This document shows, in pieces, positions 42,807 to 61,728 of a stretch of 64,000 nt of DNA (positions are counted from its first letter, which is position 1; each line of letters starts with the position of its first letter). Under the pieces are notes generated by a model that worked only from the letters and a program-made list of their open reading frames with translations, did no database searches and was not told where the DNA came from. The stretch is from the NCBI GenBank assembly GCA_965153355.1, contig OZ231126.1, forward strand, positions 16,926,001-16,990,000, written 5' to 3'. Position numbers and translations under genes: made by a program. This DNA is from Flaccisagitta enflata. Its lineage: Eukaryota.

Positions 42807-42885
<79 letters not shown>
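42481..42885. repeat. Compound tandem duplication of (CA)n + (GTGACAGA)n
   Basis: Two near-identical ~165-bp units; the same octamer array is inverted at 56540-56655. Confidence 0.85.
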
Positions 42886-42888
<3 letters not shown>

Positions 42889-43128
42889 CCGTTGTTCTTT
42901 TCCTTTGCTGTTGATAACTGTTTTTTGAATAATCCAAGCTTTTTCTCTTGTCGTCCCGACGTGTTTTGTTCGTTGATTGAGTGTTTTGTTTTTAGACACG
43001 CGTTGTTGTTTTTTTGATGTAAGTGTTTTTATGTTTTTTTTTTGTTTTATATAGTCGCAATCAGTAACGATCTTCAAATCTTGATATTCATTTCTCCCTG
43101 AAATTTAAAAAAATCAAGGAAAATCAAC

Positions 43129-43545
43129 ATGTCAAAGGTATCGGCAGCCGAATTTGCAAAAGCATGGCGAACATTAAATGAGAAAATTAATTCTACAGCG
43201 AAATTAAAATTAACTTCAATAGAAAAATCTCTATTAAAATTGTATCTCTACAACGATTCAAAAATCGAAAATTCAACAATTCATGAACCTTTCATCAGAA
43301 AGGTTTTTAATGAGACTAGCGAATCTGAGGATAATGAAATGCAAAACGACGAACGATTCGAGATTCCCTCCATTTTTAATGAGCGTGAATGCTCTTACAT
43401 AAGAAACGAATACAGTTCGAATAATACAGCTCTAAGTAGAGTAGCTCTCGTGAGAGCTCATTTAAAGTTCAATAAAATTTCTAACGTCAGAATAGGGCAT
43501 GCCAACGGGCAGTGGCCCTTGAGGCATATGATCGTAGGGCGGTGA
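43129..43545 (+). CDS. Hypothetical protein (138 aa)
   Basis: ATG in good context (caacATG), non-repetitive ORF; a possible donor (gtgagt) at the 3' end suggests it may continue. Confidence 0.55.
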   Translation: MSKVSAAEFAKAWRTLNEKINSTAKLKLTSIEKSLLKLYLYNDSKIENSTIHEPFIRKVFNETSESEDNEMQNDERFEIPSIFNERECSYIRNEYSSNNTALSRVALVRAHLKFNKISNVRIGHANGQWPLRHMIVGR

Positions 43546-43688
43546 GTTTTTTTCATTTTGGTCAGTGAGTGTATTGATAAGCACGAATATGATTGATGAT
43601 TGATTACAATTGATTATCTCTTCCAAGGAGTTCAAAAGTTTGATGAAAAGAAGTCCTCTCTTTTTTTTCGAAAATACTGTCTATTGTT

Positions 43689-45032
43689 TTATAGCAACGG
43701 CTCCATAGATGCTCTTGTGGCGCTGGCGATGTTGCGAACAAAGTTTTGAAAGTCGACGAGTCGTTGGACAGCCTCTGCTTCCCGTCGATTGGCATCGGCG
43801 GTTTGCCGTCTGGCGTCGTCTAGATCGCGTCGAAGTTCATGATTGGCGGATCTCGACGTTGCAAGCTCCATGGCTTGCTCGTTTGCAAGCTGCGTGAGAT
43901 TCTGGTCTGTAAGTGGAGCTTGTCGGACGTAGTAGCCGTTTGCTACTCCTCCGGCGTTAAGCATCACGGACGAAACCGTCATCCGATTGAGCGCCGGAGA
44001 GAAGACCGGGGCTCCGGCGCCCAAAATTGGCGCGGTATGCCGTAACGCTTGTTGAGACGTCATTTGCACGACGCGATGCTGCTGAGGATTTTGACGCTGC
44101 TGCGGGGGGTGCCCTACCGAAGCGTTGGGCTGCTGACTCTGCTGCGGCATGGGCATGATTTGAAGAAGCCTTTGCTGCTGCTGCTGTGGCTGTTGTTGAC
44201 GCTGCTGCTGTGGCTGTTGTTGACGCTGCGGCTGCGGCTGTGGCTGTGGTGGCTGCGGCTGGGGCTGTTGTTGTTGCTGTTGTTGACGTTGTTGATAGTA
44301 GGCGTGATTGGGGACTATTGTGCATCCGACCGGTGGGGGTGGTGGCGCGTATGGTGGTGGAGGAGCGTATGGGTGATGACGCGGAGAAGTCTCTTTCCTC
44401 TTTGAACTGCCTGAGGCTTTTCTTGGTGGCGAGGTGGAAGTGGAATCAACTGCCTCGTTGTTAAGTCCCGAATGCAGCGTGGTTTCAGGCAGATGATCCT
44501 GAAGCCCGTTGGAAGGTGAAGCAGCTGGGGAATGCTGATGGGGCTCAGCTTTGGCACGTTTCGTTGACGTCGAGGATACCACCAGAGCCATGGGATGCTG
44601 CTGCGGTGGGAGACTATCGACCACGGCGTTGGACGCCGCCGTGTTTGTCGTTGATGTCGAGGACGGCTCCGTTGTCGTCAAGGGCAGTTGTTGTTGTTCT
44701 TGCTTTATAGGGGGCATAGATGACGAGGAATTGACTGGGGGAGCATCTGTTGCAGCGTCGGTCGACGATGAAGTTTGCAGTTGACGTGCAAGAAGCGTTC
44801 GTAGCGTCGCCGCAGCTTGATTGTATTCTTCAACCGACCTGCCTTGTAATGGATCGTACTGCGAAGGAGGCGGCGGTGGTGGTGGCGGCGGCGTTCTTCC
44901 CTGTGTTGGCGGCCTCGGCGTTGCTCCTCCTTGTTCTTCTTCTTCCTCGACGCCGATGGAATGTTTCTTTTCTGGAGGAGGGATAACCCATGAGGGTATG
45001 TTGGTGCTGTTGGTGCTGTTGGTGTTGTCAGG

Positions 45033-45112
<80 letters not shown>

Positions 45113-45363
45113 GGTCTTCCTTTGGATGAGTTGTTGGCGAGGCCTCTTCCATTTCAGCGTCTCCTCCTCTTCCTCCTCCTCCTCTGGGCGAGTCTTCGTT
45201 TTCTTGATCCATCGGCTGTTGCCTGTCGTCTACCGCGTTGTCTTTTGCCATCTCCTGCCGTTGATCGTCACCATCCGGCAGGGTGCGATCATCTGTGTGA
45301 GAGAAAGAGAGAGAGAGAGAAAGAGAGAGTAAGAGAGAGAGGAGAAAGAGAGAAAGAGAGAGA

Positions 45364-45462
<99 letters not shown>

Positions 45463-45468
45463 GAGAGA

Positions 45469-45555
<87 letters not shown>

Positions 45556-46079
45556 GTAGCATTAGTAAAGGCGAATGGCATACATCATTCAATAGGTCAA
45601 TCATCCAATCATCAAATCATCCAAAAGAATGAGAGAATACAGAAATACAGGAATAAATAAAAAGGGCTTGCTAAGATTTTCTTTAAATAAACAGCATAAA
45701 GCTGTTTAGAAAATCTTTTAAATAGTGACTTTGAACCTCTTCACTGATGTTTCTGGCTCTCAGTATCAGATGAATCAGATGAATCAGGGAATCAGATGAA
45801 GGTAGACGACAAAGTTATTTACAATTCATTTCATTTTCATTTTCATTTTCATTTTCATTCATTCATTTTCATTTTTTTGTTTTTTTTTTAATTTATTTCT
45901 AATTTCTCAAACATCCACATCTACACATAAGTAGTATATCGGATGTATACTTAATGCTGTCTGCAAGTCACAATTGCATATAAATATTGCTAAATACAGC
46001 AATATTTAAATCATTTATCAACTTTTGTCGATCGACTTTTCTCTTATATTGGATTCATGCCATTTTTCTTCGATTATTG

Positions 46080-46156
<77 letters not shown>

Positions 46157-47128
46157 CTCTTTCTGCTCTTTACGCTTCATTTTTATCTCTCTCACCTGAG
46201 TTTGGATGCTTCCAATAGGCTCCGTCGAGAGTTACATTAAAAATGGTGTCCTTCGACGAACCCTTTCCACCACCACGTTTTCCCTTGCGGCTCATGATCG
46301 ACTTGCATTTGCCTTGAGAATTCTCAATCAAGGCTAAACTTGACGACGAAGCTCCAGTTTCCACCGTTTTGTCGCCTTCTTTATTTTTCGGCGCCGTTTT
46401 GGTGGCGACTCTAATCGGTGTCACCACGAGTGAAGGTCTAATAATGATAAAGAATGAAAACAAAAAGGATGATTAGGAACCTCCAGTTTCCACCGTTTTG
46501 TCGCCTTCTTTATTTTTCGGCGCCGTTTTGGTGGCGACTCTAATCGGTGTCACCACGAGTGAAGGTCTAATAATGATAAAGAATGAAAACAAAAAGGATG
46601 ATTAGGAACCCGAATTATGATCTCTCACTCTCACTCTCACTCACACTCACACACTCACACTCACTCTCACTCACTCTCACTCTCACACACTCACTCTCAC
46701 ACTCACACTCAACTCACTCTCACTCACTCTCACTCTCACTCACTCACTCACTCTCACTCTCACACTCACTCTCACTCTCACTCTCTCACTCTCACTCTCA
46801 CTCTCTCACTCTCACTCTCACTCTCACTCACTCTCACTCTCTCTCTCACTCTCTCACTCACTCTCACTCTCACTCACTCACTCACTCTCTCACTCACTCA
46901 CTCACTCACTCACTCACTCACTCACTCACTCACTCACTCACTCACTCACTCACTCACTCACTCACTCACTCACTCACTCACTCACTCACTCACTCACTCA
47001 CTCACTCTCTCTCACACTCTCTCACACTCTCTCTCACACACTCTCTCACTCTCACTCTCTCACTCACTCTCTCACTCACTCTCTCGCTCACTCTCTCACT
47101 CTCTCACACTCGCTTGCTCACACTCGCT

Positions 47129-47204
<76 letters not shown>

Positions 47205-48761
47205 ATCTCCCGCGCTTTCATTTATCGTTTCCTACCTTTGTTGCGGTCCTTTAAGCATCGCAGGGACGACGTCCTGAGCCGTCAGCGTAACTTCCGAATG
47301 AGACACCCCGTTGTTGCGCACGATTCGTTTTTCGTTGCGAATGAGGGTTTCTATTCGGCCACCGTCGTCGACACCGTTGCACGTTCCTGTTGTGAGGTGA
47401 GAGCGTGAAAGATACATGGGTAGTTCGGTATCGATGGGAACGTCGAAGAGCACTGCCCAAGGCCCAGCTTCTCTTAATCCCCACCACCGATTGTTTCCCA
47501 TTTTATCCATGGGAGCGTGAGGAGGTGGATCTGAAATGATCAAAACATAACGAGATCCTCAATTTTTATGTTTTCTATATTTCACGAGCCTTCCTTTCAT
47601 TTAAGAGCATCAAGAGCGAAGTCTTGATGCGGAAGGCTTTCAAATATTAATACATCATATCGACGAAGTGCACAGAAAAAGAAAATCCATTTGCATGTAA
47701 TACTTGTAAAGTGTCCTATTTGCTCGAAAATAACAAATTTAACATGTATTGAATTTAGGGCTTAACTAAATTATCACTATATCTAAAAGCCGAGCATATA
47801 AAACGAAAAAATTTGAATAATCATTTAAAAGAAATAAGAACATTTTCCATTAGTTTAAGTAGCTTTTTTTCATTTTCAGTTTAAACCTCATCTCCTTTAA
47901 AGGGTTGACGGGAAAACAGAAACTACAACATTTAAATGAGGAGCACAGTCTCACTTTGATGTTTTATTTCAAGCTGAAGTCGAAAAGAACTTTTCCCCCT
48001 TTAAAACAAAAAAAAACAGTCATACATCATCGAGTGAAAAAAAAAGAATAAACAAGAAAAAGTTTTAAGAGAAAAATACAGAAAAAAGGGAATTCGGCAA
48101 AATTGGAAAAATAGAGCTCTGTATTTGAGGATCACTTGATCATTGGAGGGTAGGAGCAGTGTGCTAAAGACAACAAAAAAAAAAGAAAAGGTGTGACGGA
48201 TGGATGGACCGATCGCAAAAGCAGGGTGTAGAGAAAAGATATCATTGTAAATACAACTTTAAATGACTTTAAACAACTTTAAACAACTTTAAATGACTTT
48301 AAACAACTTTAAATGACTTTTTTTAAAAAAGACCTAAAATAACTGAAATGTCTACTTTTGACCTATTTGACTTAAGTGGCTTAGAGCGAGCCAGAATGAC
48401 TTAGAATATGACTTAGAATGACTTAGAATGACTTAGAGTGACTTGGAATGGTTTAGAAGGCCTAGAAAATAACTTAAAGTATAGTAAAAAAGTAAAGTGT
48501 AACGGACGGACGGACGGACGGACGGACGGGTCGACATTAACCAACAACGGCAATACAAAAAACCGGGTTGTAGAGTCGCGTGAACGCGACAAAAAAAAAA
48601 AACCTTCAGATACCTTGTAAAAGAGATGGAAACGACGGTGGCTTGAGATCCTCATTGCTCGGTGGCGCCGATGGAGATCCGCTTTTCTTCGCTTTGATCC
48701 ATCCGGTTGATGGTTCGATGTCGACATCGTTGAAACCCAAGTCCAAGTCGTTTGACGACAT
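43689..48761 (-). CDS. Spliced Gln/Pro/Ser-rich protein with C-terminal coiled coil, 762 aa
   Basis: Exons 48761-48614, 47530-47236, 46437-46196, 45292-43689 join in phase at GT-AG sites; polyQ tracts; coiled coil LANEQAMELA...VRNI. Confidence 0.75.
46352..46609. repeat. 129-bp perfect tandem duplication spanning a splice acceptor
   Basis: 46352-46480 matches 46481-46609. Confidence 0.9.
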
Positions 48762-48960
48762 TTTTCACGTTGGTCTTGTTGATTTTTTGTTCTGAGAAGA
48801 AAATCAGGCGCCGGAAAAAGTTTAGAAAAAATCAAAATCAAAAGAGAGAAAGAGACAGACAGAGAAAGAGAAAGAGAGAGAGAGAAAGAGAGAAGAGAGA
48901 AAGAGAAAGAGAAAGAGAAAGAGAAAGAGAGAGAGAAAGAGAAAGAGAGAGAGAAAGAGA

Positions 48961-49182
<222 letters not shown>

Positions 49183-49479
49183 AGAAAAAAATGGAGAGCA
49201 ATAATTTTCATGGACGGTCACGACGTTTTTGAATGCGACTTGAAAAATCCCCGGCCTTAAATACTACGGGGTTTATGTAAAAATAATTCCATTGCAAAAT
49301 AAAAAAAAAATGTTGTTGTAAAATATGCAAGATGCTGTCGTCGTAACTCCCTTTTTTTATAACATCCAGGCCTTTTATTTTTTTTTATTGTACAACAACA
49401 ACAACACGCGCATTTTATAGACTTGTATCGAAGGAAATGTGTGAAAAGAAAAACGAGAACCGCACCATCAGAGAGAAGA

Positions 49480-49567
<88 letters not shown>

Positions 49568-49676
49568 CGATTCGGGGAAAAAAAAGTTCAGTGTCGAAAA
49601 GAATAAGACAAAAGGTCAAAGGCCGCATGCTTTTTTTCCTTATTTTCTTGTTTTTTTTCCCCGACCGTCTTTTATT

Positions 49677-49767
<91 letters not shown>

Positions 49768-50156
49768 GACACACAGAGACACGCACACAGAGACACACAC
49801 AGACACACACAGACACGCACAGAGACACACAGAGACACGCGCACAGAGGAGCGCGCTTTTCTGATGATCATCAGATTTTCATCCGCTGTACATTCGCTGA
49901 GCATCAAAGGAATCGAGGTGACATTGATGAAAAAAGCTGATGATAAAGCCGATGACTAATTAATGAAATCAGATGCAAGAGTGATGTCGGCAGATGGACA
50001 AGTTCGCATCCCCACCTTTTACATCGGCTTTCCCACCTTTTACATCAGCCTGCCACCTATTTCATCGATCTTGCCACCGATTCCACCACTTCCACCAATC
50101 CCACCACCCTATTTTCTCTCTCTTTTCTCTCTAACTCTCTAACTCTCTCTCTCTCT

Positions 50157-50245
<89 letters not shown>

Positions 50246-50720
50246 ACGTCTCATCTCTTCTTTCTTACATGACGTCGAGAGAAAGAAAGAAAGAGAAAAA
50301 AACCCGAAACAAAAGAACACATTAAGAATGGAAACCATCTTTCCATCTTTTTTCTCTCGCTTTCCGTTAAAGATTTTCCTCGTTGAGCAGTACTTTTCCA
50401 TAAGCCAGCCCAATACATACTATCTATCTACTACAGTAAGACCCTTTTTCCCCCAAACCTCATCGGGTCTCATTGAGAAATGGAAAACTTTTCTTTTCTC
50501 ACCATTATCTAAGATGTTTAAACTTTTAAAAAGAGGTGCAATCGCATACAATAAAACTAGCATTTGAAACTTCAAAGTGTTGACTTTTATTGATGGATAG
50601 CCTTAAAAAGCGGGACTGTTATTGCGGGGTTCCACTGTATTCCTATCGCGCGATCGTCTTACCACCGGTGGAAGGTCGATGGAAAAATACTGGAGAGCCG
50701 GGATAAGAGACGCCTCGTCG

Positions 50721-50801
<81 letters not shown>

Positions 50802-51073
50802 CACGCGCCTATTGTAACGCGTGAGCAGAGATAGAGCTAAAAGTCGAAGTTCCATTCATCCGACTGAGTGGAGGTGGCAACCGCCGAAAGGGAGGTTTTC
50901 TTCCGTGGACGATATTTAGCGGCCGGCAATGTCGTAACATATTTTTGGGGGACTCATTGATCTCATAACACAATAACACATAACATATTGAGGGACGGCG
51001 TCATGGGGAAAAAGGATGGAAAAGTACTGGAAAAGTACTGAGATGAGAGAGAGAGGAGTGTGTGTGTGTGTGA

Positions 51074-51161
<88 letters not shown>

Positions 51162-51328
51162 TGAAAAGAAAGGAATAATGATGGAAAAAGGAATGTGTGC
51201 GTGTGTGCGTGCGTGCGTGTGTGCGTGTGTGCGTGTGTGCGTGCGTGTGTGTGTGCGTGTTTATGAAGTTGTGCAATAATGATAATAATAAAGCCGATGA
51301 TGATCTCATCTTCTCTTCTTCTCATTAG

Positions 51329-51411
51329 TTCAAGCGCAGGCAAGAGTTTCTGGGTCGCGGACTTATTAAAACGCATCTGTCCCTATCTAATCCCGATAGC
51401 GCCAACGTGAG

Positions 51412-51496
<85 letters not shown>

Positions 51497-53090
51497 GGTT
51501 GTTTGTTTGTTGTTGCCGCCATTGTTGATTTTTTATTTCCCTTCCCCCTTCCTCTTCTCTAACCCTGTTCACAGCTGTATTGTCTGGGTCAGTCAAACAC
51601 CTGTGCCAAAGATCTTAAGAGATAAAGTGAAGCAAGCCGCGGAATTATGGAATTGTGAATATCATATCTTTGACGGAAAAGGAGGAATCTTATCAGAATC
51701 TTATCTAAACAGCTACAACTTTACGAAAGAGTTACGCAAAAAAGAGAATGACAAGGCTGACATCTCGAATGATAAAGAAGAAAGAAATAATGACAAAAAG
51801 AAAGAGTTAGACGGCAGTGAATGTGATGGCAGTGACGATGAATGTAAATCTTTTATCAGAAGCGTCATAGCGCCGGCGAGAAGCTCAGGCTCGGTGAGAC
51901 GCGAGGATGATTACATTTATGGTCAAAACGACACACGAAAAACAAACAAACAAACAAACAAACGGCCTTTACTAGGGACAAAATCAAAATGGGCTCAATT
52001 CCTATCTTTATCAGACAATCAGCTTACCAAGCACGGGTCCTTCATAGCAGCCAATGGGTTAGAGCCATCGGGACAGAAGAGACGCCGACGGACTGACGAG
52101 AAAGAAACAACAGATCTATCAGGAGGTTACGTCACCACACGATCACAAAAAAAAAAAGAACAACGAGAAGAAGAACCGCAAACCGAAGTTGATCTTTCGG
52201 TCGAGCAACAACGGCAACAACGGCTAAAAGAAAGAGAGGAAAAAAAGGAAGAAAGTAGAAGAAGAAGGAAGAAAAGAGAATCGGCGGAGGAGGTCAAAGG
52301 TGCTGACGACATAACCTCCACCAAGGAGGGGGAAACCTATAAAAACCCTCACTCCCTCCATGGAAAAGAAACGCCGGCCGAGAAGGCTAGAGAGCGCGTC
52401 CAGAAAGCGAGCGAGCAAGAAAAAGAATACAAAACCATTTGCTTTCCCGTAAATTCTATCTTAATTTTTGACGATATATTAATCTCTTCCGATTTGTCAT
52501 CTCATGACAATGAAAATGACCCTCGACAGCAAAAACGAGAGATGACAAATATTTTACGCCATTTAAGCCAGGTTGCCGGGGCAGGTTCAAACCATCTGAA
52601 GCTTAACACTCTCATGGTTTTCCATTCTTATAATTTTAGCGGAGGTTCAGTTAATAACGCGGAAACTGCTCTATATAGTCGAATCATAAAAAATAATTTA
52701 AAGAGTTTTACTCTGTTTCCAATCAATTCTCGTGAGATACGTAATATATTACAAAGTAATTCAAGTGGTCAAGATTATATAGCAATAAAAGAGCTAACGA
52801 ATGTAGCTTTTAATCAATCAGCTTATTACGACACACTGAATAAGCAGAGTGAAAATCCTCCAAAAAACTGCCTTACCTTCGCATTTCCTGAAAATTGCGT
52901 TAACGATAAAACTGTAAATTTTCGAATTAACGAATTAAGTCTTGATGAGGGAACGAAAGCGGCCTTGTTTCTTCCACCTGCATTTCTAACGCACGATCTC
53001 CTTACCAGATCTGATAAATTGTCATCAACGACAACAACAACAACGCCTTTGCCTGACGAGGAGGATGTCAAATCTCGGATCTTTTCATAG
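51329..53090 (+). CDS. A32/FtsK-like DNA packaging ATPase, spliced (5' exon(s) unresolved)
   Basis: Exon 51329-51406 encodes SSAGKSFWVADLL (Walker A) and joins in phase to exon 51575-53090 (CIVWVSQ, Walker B SILIFDD, NHLKLNTLMVFHSY, RIIKNNLKSFTLF). Candidate upstream exon ending 50925 at a GC donor gives PWTIFSGRSSAGKS. Confidence 0.8.
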
Positions 53091-53113
53091 ATAGACAAAA
53101 AAAGAACAGTGCC

Positions 53114-57469
<4,356 letters not shown>

Positions 57470-57579
57470 ACCCTGCTATAACGATTGCTATATCTATCTG
57501 TAATGAAAAGATCTGGTATAACGAAGTTCAACTGTAATGTCATCGTAATTTCCTTTATATTTCCGTCTATTTTTTCTAG

Positions 57580-58182
57580 ATGGCAGGGTTAATTTCTTAC
57601 ACAACCTCATTGTTCGCTTCTCTTTTAACGCCGTTTCTCCGGTTCATGAGAACTTTCTTTTACAACGAGTCGAGAGAGATGATTCGGAACGACATTTCCA
57701 ATGACATTTCCGCTGACGACTCCAAGGAAACCTCACCTGCTCCAGAAGCGTCATACGGAAGCGGAAGTGGAATCCCTGACGATCTTCTGTCATCCGGCCC
57801 TGGAAGAGATTTGATTCTTTTCGTCGACGCCAACGAAAAGAAATTGGCTCATCTCCTGTTTGTCACCCTAACCAAATCAGGGTTCCATATTGTCATTAAT
57901 CATACAACCCGGGATCTGCCTCTCGCTTTGCGGCGTAGCAAAGATTTTCGTCAAAAGGAACGGCATTCTCTGCAGATCGCGATAGAAGAAAATAAAGATT
58001 TCCTAAAAGACCGCCCATTTAAACTGCTTCTCACCTCTATTCCGCTCTTCCTCCATCTCCTTAATTCAGACAGGAACGGCTTTCTGAAAGGACTTTCATT
58101 CACTCTCGCATATGTAGGGAAAGATGAAAGAAGCCATTTGCCGAATATTCTGTCGGAGAATAAAATTTTCAACTCCGCCTAA
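57580..58182 (+). CDS. Hypothetical protein (200 aa)
   Basis: Non-repetitive ORF in the co-oriented plus-strand block. Confidence 0.65.
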   Translation: MAGLISYTTSLFASLLTPFLRFMRTFFYNESREMIRNDISNDISADDSKETSPAPEASYGSGSGIPDDLLSSGPGRDLILFVDANEKKLAHLLFVTLTKSGFHIVINHTTRDLPLALRRSKDFRQKERHSLQIAIEENKDFLKDRPFKLLLTSIPLFLHLLNSDRNGFLKGLSFTLAYVGKDERSHLPNILSENKIFNSA

Positions 58183-58423
58183 ACCGTCATACAGGAGCAT
58201 CAAGGCACGTGCTGCTTGACTTTACACCTCACTGCTCCTGTCCAAATACGACCTCAAATAGGGGTCTTACCTACCTGTACGCGATTGGGGAGGTAGCCGT
58301 GTATCCGGCCTTGTTTTTTTTTTTGTTTTTTTTTCTTTCTCTTTTCTTATGCTTATTCCTTTTATTTGATCCTACTAGGGCTCTAATTCGCCATGCTTTT
58401 TTCAATCTATTCCTTGATTAACT

Positions 58424-59110
58424 ATGTCAAATGACGTCCAAACCAACAGTGTCAACACTATCTCAAATATAAAGGAAAAATTGAACATTATATCGGCCAA
58501 TATCACTAAAAACTTATTGATATCACAACAAAACATCCAACGTTCCTATCTGATAAATGAGAGAGATTTTTTAGGAATTTGTCAACTCGCATTGCACTCA
58601 ATTTATAACAGAGAAAAGGAAGGTGAAAAACAACAGGACAAAAACACTATAGAAAAAGAAACAGAAGAAGAAATAAAAGATAATAAAAAAGAGGAGGAGG
58701 AGGAGAAGAAAAACGAGGGAGAAGAAAAAGAGGGAGAAGAAGAAAATATGAAACCATCAATGAAAGCTAGCGGGAGCCATGAACATGACCATTGCAACCA
58801 AGAGGAAAGCCAAAAACTAAAAAAAGAAATTCTTAAAATCATAGAAGCTCCAAACTTTAATTCAGAAGCTAAATCTTCCCTTTTGAACGAATGTTTTCAA
58901 CGATATCTAAAAAATGTCAACCTTAGAAAACAAAATGAACTAGATGCGAAATATGCAAAAAGATATCCAAATATTTTGATGGGTGGTAGCAAAGAAAATC
59001 AAAATTCAAATAATGAAGATGATAGCGAGGAGACAGAGGAAGAGGGCAACAATAACGACAACAACAACAAAACAGAACAACAACAACAACAACAGAAACA
59101 ACGACAAAAA

Positions 59111-59188
<78 letters not shown>

Positions 59189-59629
59189 CGTAAACAACAA
59201 CGAAAAAAAGTTAACAACATTAGAATTGAAATGTTTTTAAAAAAAATGATTAACTATTCAATCAGAAATATTTTAACTGTAACTAAATTGAATCCTCTAT
59301 ATCTTACAAACCTTAAGGCTCAAGGGCGGAGAATTTTGCAATTTTTTCAAAAAGGAAAAATGAAAAACAAAAATAAGATCATCAGTCCGGATGGTCAATT
59401 TTCTCTTAAAAAAAATACCGTCTTTTATCCTAAGGGAAAAATTTCACTTGACAAGTTGATTGCTGCCTATTCTTTAAATCGGTCCAAAATATTTGAATTC
59501 TTGCAGGCCAGGGATGCAATCGTTGAACCCTATACTGCGTCAGAAAAAAACTTTTTGAAAACTTTTCAAGGCAAACTCTGCCTGCCTCCACACTCAATCC
59601 CATGTGCATCAGTGAGACGGCTGAAATGA
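58424..59629 (+). CDS. Maverick conserved-ORF-like protein upstream of integrase, with polyE/polyQ inserts
   Basis: ICQLALHSI, EILKII...KSSLLNECFQRYL and KAQGRRILQFF resemble, from memory, conserved Polinton uncharacterised proteins; position next to integrase fits. Confidence 0.6.
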
Positions 59630-59693
59630 TTCTATTTTCTTTTCCTTCTTTCTTGCTTTCTTTCATTCAATAATACAGGTTATATCTAGAAAT

Positions 59694-60596
59694 ATGGAAG
59701 AAATCACCACAAGAAAAAACTCTCTTAAAGACCCAGTAAAACATTTGATTAAAAAATATTATACAAGTGATGACATACACCTCAACCCCAACACTTCTAA
59801 TATATTAAGCGAAATAAAAAAAGATAGGAATCTTGAAGGTTTAACCGCTGAAGACATAATCTCCTTCAAAAACAGCTTATATCACATTTCGGTAAGCGAG
59901 AAAAAGTAAAGTTATCAGTTTCGGACTTTTGCACAGAATACTGATTGTATCTACCTTTCCCCCTTCTTTTCTCCCCAGAGATCGCAAGAATATAAGATTT
60001 TAAAAGGAAAAAATCGGTATACAACGAGACAATATGTCAGTTTCGGTCCAGGTGAAATGAAAAAATGAGCTTAAAAAATGATTTTTTGATTTTTTTTGAA
60101 TTTTTTTCTGATTTTCTTTCCTATTTTTAGTCGCGGACACGCGACTCTACACCTTAAAAAATGATTTTTTGATTTTTTTGAATTTTTTGAGCTTAAAAAA
60201 TGATTTTTTTGATTTTTTTGAATTTTTTTTCTGGATTGCCGTGTATCCGGCCTTGTTTTCTCTCTTCCCCCAAGGTCAAATTTTAGCAATGGATTTGTCG
60301 TACATCCGGAAAGTGCGTCGTCAGAAACGCACAGCGATTAGCGCTCAAACGAAACCGACCATAATATTGGTTCTTTTGGATATATTTAGTCGCTTCTGCC
60401 AGTTGAGGATCTTACCTGACCAACGAGCGATAACAGTTCAGCAGGCTATAAGAGAAGCTCTTTCTTTTTTCCTGCCAGTAACAAGGAAATCCAACAATTA
60501 TTCACACTTTCTGACAGACCGAGGTATGTTTTCCCCCCTCCCCCCACTTCCCTCCATATATCTATCTATCTGTCTCGCTCACCTATCTATCTCTCT

Positions 60597-60674
<78 letters not shown>

Positions 60675-61728
60675 TTTCTCTCTTTCTCTCTCTCTTTTCA
60701 TCCTCTTTTGTTTTTTATGGTCAGGTAGCGAATTCAAAAGTGACCTGTGCAAGAACACCGGAATTCCAAATCTATTTCATGTCAGAACGTCAAATATCAA
60801 CAAAATTTCATTAGTTGAAAGACATATAAGGCTAGTAACAAACCCGTCCGTCCGTCTGTCACCGCACTTTGTTAATGGGAAAGGTTTCGGCCTTACTGCT
60901 CCAGCCTAAACGCTCCACTGGTCTTTACGGTTCCCTACCCCTCACCCGCACGCGACTGAGGTAGCCGTGTATCCAGCCTTGTTTTTTTTTCACTTCAGGA
61001 AATGCAAAAAAGTTTTTTTTCGAATTTTGATACGACATCCAAGTTTGCAATACGACAAAGTTGTCCATCTAACAGAGGTCGTCCTTAATTCTACCCCCAG
61101 CCGAGCCATCGCTTATTACACACCTCATAGAGTTCAATTTGACAACTATATCTCATCCAAAGTGCTTAGACAACAATTGCAGTTATACAGAAAAAATCAG
61201 GAAGAAGCTAAAAATGTCTTTGAAAGATTAGACAATGATAAAACTTTTAAAATATATGATAAGGTCCGCTTAAAACTAACAAAGCAAATTATTAGAAAAG
61301 AAAGCGGGCTTTTTAATCCCTTAGTGTCTAAAGAAGTCTTTGAGATTTCAGCTGTCAATTCTGATAGATATCCATGGTCTTACCGTTTGAAAGAACTACC
61401 TGGACATAGACTCTTTTATGCTTGGAATCTAGTAAAAGTCGATGAAAGAATACTAAAAGAAGCGGACAAACAAAAGCATTTGGTCTTACAGAATGATGAA
61501 ACTACATCAATTGATGTAATAGACATTAAAAAAAGGGAATCAAACATGTTACGAAATAAAAAAATATTACCCTCTAAGTCTGAAATCATGTTTGAAATCT
61601 TACACAAAGGAGAAAGACAGTTCGTAACAAAAGAGACATTACTTTTATTCAAAAAAATGTTTGATGATGATGTGCTTAAATATTCGATGAAATTTGATTT
61701 ACCTGAATTTCAACAATACCGTGTGTAA
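59694..61728 (+). CDS. int: Retroviral-like (rve) integrase of Maverick type, 5 exons, 451 aa
   Basis: Exons 59694-59891, 59979-60051, 60275-60523, 60725-60830, 60999-61728. Catalytic D (ILAMDL), LDIFSRF, D (FLTDR|GSEF), E (LVERHI|RK), NSTPSRAIAYYTP; C-terminal SH3-like FKIYDKVRL...EVFEI..YRLKE..FY..NLVKV. Confidence 0.92.

Noticed and set aside
59694-61728. Integrase as part of an LTR retrotransposon or Ginger element
   Set aside because: No RT/RNase H/gag or LTRs; it sits between Maverick-like structural genes
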